Source: Auanema rhodensis (Eukaryota; Animalia; Nematoda). From it: 64,000 bases of DNA. A program made the position numbers and the translations under genes. Positions 56,860 through 64,000 of this stretch are shown here, piece by piece; position 1 is the stretch's first letter, and each line of letters begins with the position of its first letter. The stretch covers positions 20,026,001-20,090,000 of the forward strand of contig OZ059897.1 in NCBI GenBank assembly GCA_964057225.1, given 5' to 3'. The notes under the pieces are model-generated. The model was given only the letters and a program-made list of their open reading frames with translations. It searched no databases and had not been told where the DNA came from.

Positions 56860-59666
56860 AACACAGATCGACGCAGCTCAAAAATCCGTACCAATGCACT
56901 ATACTATATTGAGAAACGCTTAATACAAAAATTAGTTATGATCGTTTGAAAAATGATGCATTAGTGTATGTTGAGTTTCCATGTACACTCAACATTGCTT
57001 CCAAAAACATTTTGACAAAAATTTTTTCGAAAAATTTCAAAATAATTTAGCAAAAAGTAGATGTTTTTAGATTCCTTTTTTCAAGGCAAAGACGATGGAC
57101 AATGTTATTTAACGAAAAAATTAATTCTTCAGGGTGAAAATCGAGGATTTAAGTGTGAACTTATATCAGTTGATATCTCGGTACATTTTTAAGCTAGCGC
57201 AAATCTGATAACACAGATCGACGCAGCTTAAAAATCCGCATCGAATGCACTATACTACATTGAGAAACGCTTAATACAAAAATTAGTTATGATCGTTTGA
57301 AAAATGATGCATTAGTGTATGTTGAGTTTCCATGTACACTCAACATTGCTTCCAAAAACATTTTGACAAAAATTTTTTCGAAAAATTTCAAAATAATTTA
57401 GCAAAAAGTAGTTGTTTTTAGATTCCTTTTTTCAAGGCGAAGACGATGGACAATGTTATTCAACGAAAAAATTAATTCTTCAGGGTGAAAATCGAGGATT
57501 TAAGTGTGAACTTATATCAGTTGATATCTCGGTACATTTTTAAGCTAGCGCAAATCTGATAACACAGATCGACGCAGCTTAAAAATCCGCATCGAATGCA
57601 CTATACTACATGGAAGAACGCTTAATACAAAAATTAGTTATGATCGTTTGAAAAATGATGCATTAGTGTATGTTGAGTTTCCATGTACACTCAACATTGC
57701 TTCCAAAAACATTTTGACAAAAATTTTTTCGAAAAATTTCAAAATAATTTAGCAAAAAGTAGATGTTTTTAGATTCCTTATTTCAAGGCAAAGACGATGG
57801 ACAATGTTATTCAACGAAAAAATTATTTCTTCAGGGTGAAAATCGAGGATATAAGTGTGAACTTATATCAGTTGATATATCGGTGCATTTTTAAGCTAGC
57901 GCACATCTGATAACACAGATCGACGCAGCTTAAAAATCCGCATCGAATGCACTATACTACATTAAGAAACGCCTAATACAAAAATTAGTTATGATCGTTT
58001 GAAAAATGATGCATTAGTGTATGTTGAGTTTCCATGTACACTCAACATTGCTTCCAAAAACATTTTGACAAAAATTTTTTCGAAAAATTTCAGAATAATT
58101 TAGCAAAAAGTAGATGTTTTTAGATTCCTTTTTTCAAGGCAAAGACGATGGACAATGTTATTCAACGAAAAAATTAATTCTTCAGGGTGAAAATCGAGGA
58201 TATAAGTGTGAACTTATATCAGTTGATATCTCGGTACATTTTTAAGCTAGCGCAAATCTGATAACACAGATCGACGCAGCTTAAAAATCCGCATCGACTG
58301 CACTATACTACATTGAGAAACGCTTAATACAAAAATTAGTTATGATCGTTTGAAAAATGATGCATTAGTGTATGTTGAGTTTCCATGTACACTCAACATT
58401 GCTTCCAAAAACATTTTGACAAAAATTTTTTCGAAAAATTTCAAAATAATTTAGCAAAAAGTAGATGTTTTTAGATTCCTTTTTTCAAGGCAAAGACGAT
58501 GGACAATGTTATTTAACGAAAAAATTAATTCTTCAGGGTGAAAATCGAGGATTTAAGTGTGAACTTATATCAGTTGATATCTCGGTACATTTTTAAGCTA
58601 GCGCAAATCTGATAACACAGATCGACGCAGCTTAAAAATCCGCATCGAATGCACTATACTACATTGAGAAACGCTTAATACAAAAATTAGTTATGATCGT
58701 TTGAAAAATGATGCATTAGTGTATGTTGAGTTTCCATGTACACTCAACATTGCTTCCAAAAACATTTTGACAAAAATTTTTTCGAAAAATTTCAAAATAA
58801 TTTAGCAAAAAGTAGTTGTTTTTAGATTCCTTTTTTCAAGGCGAAGACGATGGACAATGTTATTCAACGAAAAAATTAATTCTTCAGGGTGAAAATCGAG
58901 GATTTAAGTGTGAACTTATATCAGTTGATATCTCGGTACATTTTTAAGCTAGCGCAAATCTGATAACACAGATCGACGCAGCTTAAAAATCCGCATCGAA
59001 TGCACTATACTACATGGAAGAACGCTTAATACAAAAATTAGTTATGATCGTTTGAAAAATGATGCATTAGTGTATGTTGAGTTTCCATGTACACTCAACA
59101 TTGCTTCCAAAAACATTTTGACAAAAATTTTTTCGAAAAATTTCAAAATAATTTAGCAAAAAGTAGATGTTTTTAGATTCCTTATTTCAAGGCAAAGACG
59201 ATGGACAATGTTATTCAACGAAAAAATTATTTCTTCAGGGTGAAAATCGAGGATATAAGTGTGAACTTATATCAGTTGATATATCGGTGCATTTTTAAGC
59301 TAGCGCACATCTGATAACACAGATCGACGCAGCTTAAAAATCCGCATCGAATGCACTATACTACATTAAGAAACGCCTAATACAAAAATTAGTTATGATC
59401 GTTTGAAAAATGATGCATTAGTGTATGTTGAGTTTCCATGTACACTCAACATTGCTTCCAAAAACATTTTGACAAAAATTTTTTCGAAAAATTTCAGAAT
59501 AATTTAGCAAAAAGTAGATGTTTTTAGATTCCTTTTTTCAAGGCAAAGACGATGGACAATGTTATTCAACGAAAAAATTAATTCTTCAGGGTGAAAATCG
59601 AGGATATAAGTGTGAACTTATATCAGTTGATATCTCGGTACATTTTTAAGCTAGCGCAAATCTGAT
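56860..59666. repeat. 4-mer higher-order repeat x2 (m163-166, m167-170), with a further copy at 62474-63877
   Basis: Markers GATTTAAG / TAGTT+GCGAAG / GCACAT / TTAAG+CAGAAT repeat at a 4-monomer spacing; m179-182 matches m168-171. Confidence 0.8.
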
Positions 59667-62600
59667 AACACAGATCGACGCAGCTTAAAAATCCGCATCG
59701 AATGCACTATACTACATGGAAGAACGCTTAATACAAAAATTAGTTATGATCGTTTGAAAAATGATGCATTAGTGTATGTTGAGTTTCCATGTACACTCAA
59801 CATTGCTTCCAAAAACATTTTGACAAAAATTTTTTCGAAAAATTTCAAAATAATTTAGCAAAAAGTAGATGTTTTTAGATTCCTTTTTTCAAGGCAAAGA
59901 CGATGGACAATGTTATTCAACGAAAAAATTATTTCTTCAGGGTGAAAATCGAGGATATAAGTGTGAACTTATATCAGTTGATATCTCGGTGCATTTTTAA
60001 GCTAGCGCAAATCTGATAACACAGATCGACGCAGCTTAAAAATCCGTATCGAATGCACTATACTACATTGAGAAACGCTTAATACAAAAATTAGTTATGA
60101 TCGTTTGAAAAATGATGCATTAGTGTATGTTGAGTTTCCATGTACACTCAACATTGCTTCCAAAAACATTTTGACAAAAATTTTTTCGAAAAATTTCAAA
60201 ATAATTTAGCAAAAAGTAGATGTTTTTAGATTCCTTTTTTCAAGGCAAAGACGATGGACGATGTTATTCAACGAAAAAATTAATTCTTCAGGGTGAAAAT
60301 CGAGGATATAAGTGTGAACTTATATCAGTTGATATCTCGGTGCATTTTTAAGCTAGCGCAAATCTGATAACACAGATCGACGCAGCTCAAAAATCCGTAC
60401 CAATGCACTATACTATATTGAGAAACGCTTAATACAAAAATTAGTTATGATCGTTTGAAAAATGATGCATTAGTGTATGTTGAGTTTCCATGTACACTCA
60501 ACATTGCTTCCAAAAACATTTTGACAAAAATTTTTTCGAAAAATTTCAAAATAATTTAGCAAAAAGTAGATGTTTTTAGATTCCTTTTTTCAAGGCAAAG
60601 ACGATGTACAATGTTATTTAACGAAAAAATTAATTCTTCAGGGTGAAAATCGAGGATATAAGTGTAAACTTATATCAGTTGATATCTCGGTGCATTTTTA
60701 AGCTAGCGCAAATCTGATAACACAGATCGACGCAGCTTAAAAATCCGCATCGAATGCACTATACTACATTGAGAAACGCTTAATACAAAAATTAGTTATG
60801 ATCGTTTGAAAAATGATGCATTAGTGTATGTTGAGTTTCCATGTACACTCAACATTGCTTCCGAAAACATTTTGACAAAAATTTTTTCGAAAAATTTCAA
60901 AATAATTTAGCAAAAAGTAGATGTTTTTAGATTCCTTTTTTCAAGGCAAAGACGATGGACAATGTTATTCAACGAAAAAATTAATTCTTCAGGGTGAAAA
61001 TCGAGGATATAAGTGTAAACTTATATCAGTTGATATCTCGGTGCATTTTTAAGCTAGCGCAAATCTGATAACACAGATCGACGCAGCTTAAAAATCCGCA
61101 TCGAATGCACTATACTACATTGAGAAACGCTTAATACAAAAATTAGTTATGATCGTTTGAAAAATGATGCATTAGTGTATGTTGAGTTTCCATGTACACT
61201 CAACATTGCTTCCAAAAACATTTTGACAAAAATTTTTTCGAAAAATTTCAAAATAATTTAGCAAAAAGTAGATGTTTTTAGATTCCTTTTTTCAAGGCAA
61301 AAACGATGGACAATGTTATTCAACGAAAAAATTAATTCTTCAGGGTGAAAATCGAGGATATAAGTGTAAACTTATATCAGTTGATATCTCGGTGCATTTT
61401 TAAGCTAGCGCAAATCTGATAACACAGATCGACGCAGCTTAAAAATCCGCATCGAATGCACTATACTACATTGAGAAACGCTTAATACAAAAATTAGTTA
61501 TGATCGTTTGAAAAATGATGCATTAGTGTATGTTGAGTTTCCATGTACACTCAACATTGCTTCCAAAAACATTTTGACAAAAATTTTTTCGAAAAATTTC
61601 AAAATAATTTAGCAAAAAGTAGATGTTTTTAGATTCCTTTTTTCAAGGCAAAGACAATGGACCATGTTATTCAACGAAAAAATTAATTCTTCAGGGTGAA
61701 AATCGAGGATATAAGTGTAAACTTATATCAGTTGATATCTCGGTGCATTTTTAAGCTAGCGCAAATCTGATAACACAGATCGACGCAGCTTAAAAATCCG
61801 CATCGAATGCACTATACTACATTGAGAAACGCTTAATACAAAAATTAGTTATGATCGTTTGAAAAATGATGCATTAGTGTATGTTGAGTTTCCATGTACA
61901 CTCAACATTGCTTCCGAAAACATTTTGACAAAAATTTTTTCGAAAAATTTCAAAATAATTTAGCAAAAAGTAGATGTTTTTAGATTCCTTTTTTCAAGGC
62001 AAAGACGATGGACAATGTTATTCAACGAAAAAATTAATTCTTCAGGGTGAAAATCGAGGATATAAGTGTAAACTTATATCAGTTGATATCTCGGTGCATT
62101 TTTAAGCTAGCGCAAATCTGATAACACAGATCGACGCAGCTTAAAAATCCGCATCGAATGCACTATACTACATTGAGAAACGCTTAATACAAAAATTAGT
62201 TATGATCGTTTGAAAAATGATGCATTAGTGTATGTTGAGTTTCCATGTACACTCAACATTGCTTCCGAAAACATTTTGACAAAAATTTTTTCGAAAAATT
62301 TCAAAATAATTTAGCAAAAAGTAGATGTTTTTAGATTCCTTTTTTCAAGGCAAAGACGATGGACAATGTTATTCAACGAAAAAATTAATTCTTCAGGGTG
62401 AAAATCGAGGATATAAGTGTAAACTTATATCAGTTGATATCTCGGTGCATTTTTAAGCTAGCGCAAATCTGATAACACAGATCGACGCAGCTTAAAAATC
62501 CGCATCGAATGCACTATACTACATTGAGAAACGCTTAATACAAAAATTAGTTATGATCGTTTGAAAAATGATGCATTAGTGTATGTTGAGTTTCCATGTA

Positions 62601-64000
62601 CACTCAACATTGCTTCCGAAAACATTTTGACAAAAATTTTTTCGAAAAATTTCAAAATAATTTAGCAAAAAGTAGTTGTTTTTAGATTCCTTTTTTCAAG
62701 GCGAAGACGATGGACAATGTTATTCAACGAAAAAATTAATTCTTCAGGGTGAAAATCGAGGATTTAAGTGTGAACTTATATCAGTTGATATCTCGGTACA
62801 TTTTTAAGCTAGCGCAAATCTGATAACACAGATCGACGCAGCTTAAAAATCCGCATCGAATGCACTATACTACATGGAAGAACGCTTAATACAAAAATTA
62901 GTTATGATCGTTTGAAAAATGATGCATTAGTGTATGTTGAGTTTCCATGTACACTCAACATTGCTTCCAAAAACATTTTGACAAAAATTTTTTCGAAAAA
63001 TTTCAAAATAATTTAGCAAAAAGTAGATGTTTTTAGATTCCTTATTTCAAGGCAAAGACGATGGACAATGTTATTCAACGAAAAAATTATTTCTTCAGGG
63101 TGAAAATCGAGGATATAAGTGTGAACTTATATCAGTTGATATATCGGTGCATTTTTAAGCTAGCGCACATCTGATAACACAGATCGACGCAGCTTAAAAA
63201 TCCGCATCGAATGCACTATACTACATTAAGAAACGCCTAATACAAAAATTAGTTATGATCGTTTGAAAAATGATGCATTAGTGTATGTTGAGTTTCCATG
63301 TACACTCAACATTGCTTCCAAAAACATTTTGACAAAAATTTTTTCGAAAAATTTCAGAATAATTTAGCAAAAAGTAGATGTTTTTAGATTCCTTTTTTCA
63401 AGGCAAAGACGATGGACAATGTTATTCAACGAAAAAATTAATTCTTCAGGGTGAAAATCGAGGATATAAGTGTGAACTTATATCAGTTGATATCTCGGTA
63501 CATTTTTAAGCTAGCGCAAATCTGATAACACAGATCGACGCAGCTTAAAAATCCGCATCGAATGCACTATACTACATGGAAGAACGCTTAATACAAAAAT
63601 TAGTTATGATCGTTTGAAAAATGATGCATTAGTGTATGTTGAGTTTCCATGTACACTCAACATTGCTTCCAAAAACATTTTGACAAAAATTTTTTCGAAA
63701 AATTTCAAAATAATTTAGCAAAAAGTAGATGTTTTTAGATTCCTTTTTTCAAGGCAAAGACGATGGACAATGTTATTCAACGAAAAAATTATTTCTTCAG
63801 GGTGAAAATCGAGGATATAAGTGTGAACTTATATCAGTTGATATCTCGGTGCATTTTTAAGCTAGCGCAAATCTGATAACACAGATCGACGCAGCTTAAA
63901 AATCCGCATCGAATGCACTATACTACATTGAGAAACGCTTAATACAAAAATTAGTTATGATCGTTTGAAAAATGATGCATTAGTGTATGTTGAGTTTCCA

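Larger units (their letters stand above)
1..64000. repeat. Tandem satellite DNA array, 351-bp monomer, 182 full copies + 1 partial, head-to-tail, runs off both window edges
   Basis: AACACAGATCGACGCAGC recurs at 1, 351, 702, 1053 ... 63527, 63878. The period is 351 except m1 (350), m57 (352) and m96, m156, m159, m163, m173 (350); these lengths sum exactly to the observed start of m183 at 63878. Copies differ by only a few substitutions. No inversion or non-monomer sequence was seen. Confidence 0.99.
33696..64000. repeat. Satellite subfamily domain R (m97-m183)
   Basis: Markers not seen in domain L: CTGTACTACATAGAAG, TTAAGAAACGCC, CCTTATTTC, AATAGATT, CAAGAT, GATAGT/TTCCC, GATTTAAG. GTGA is much more frequent at offset 297-300 and there are more variants per monomer. 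Confidence 0.85.

Noticed and set aside
1-64000. Array as a giant repetitive coding sequence (351 = 117 codons)
   Set aside because: The ORF track shows nothing longer than 63 aa; stop codons recur in every monomer.
1-64000. CRISPR array
   Set aside because: There are no unique spacers; the entire 351 bp is repeated.
1-64000. Assignment to a named satellite family of similar length (e.g. beetle ~340-360 bp or Drosophila 359 bp satellites)
   Set aside because: Length and AT content alone are not diagnostic and I do not recognise the sequence; a database search is required.

Overview
The whole 64 kb window is one uninterrupted head-to-tail tandem array of an AT-rich (~31% GC by hand count) 351-bp monomer: 182 complete copies plus a 123-bp partial copy, all in the same orientation. 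This is satellite DNA, most likely eukaryotic (peri)centromeric or heterochromatic; I cannot name the family or the host from the sequence. I see no credible gene, RNA gene, CRISPR array or transposon insertion. Monomers are numbered m1..m183 in the phase starting AACACAGATC at position 1; 'offset' means position within the monomer. Two kinds of structure stand out. (1) The monomer is tiled with inverted repeats: a 67-nt, 26-bp stem-loop, a 9-bp stem capped by a GNRA-type tetraloop whose R position is one of the commonest polymorphisms, a pair of mutually exclusive hairpins, and a TTCGAA-centred palindrome. (2) SNP barcodes split the array into two subfamily domains (switch at ~31.2-33.7 kb), each holding short-lived 2-, 3-, 4-, 5- and 7-8-mer higher-order repeats, larger block duplications and chimeric monomers. 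All variant typing was done by eye and needs computational confirmation; function for the hairpins is a hypothesis.
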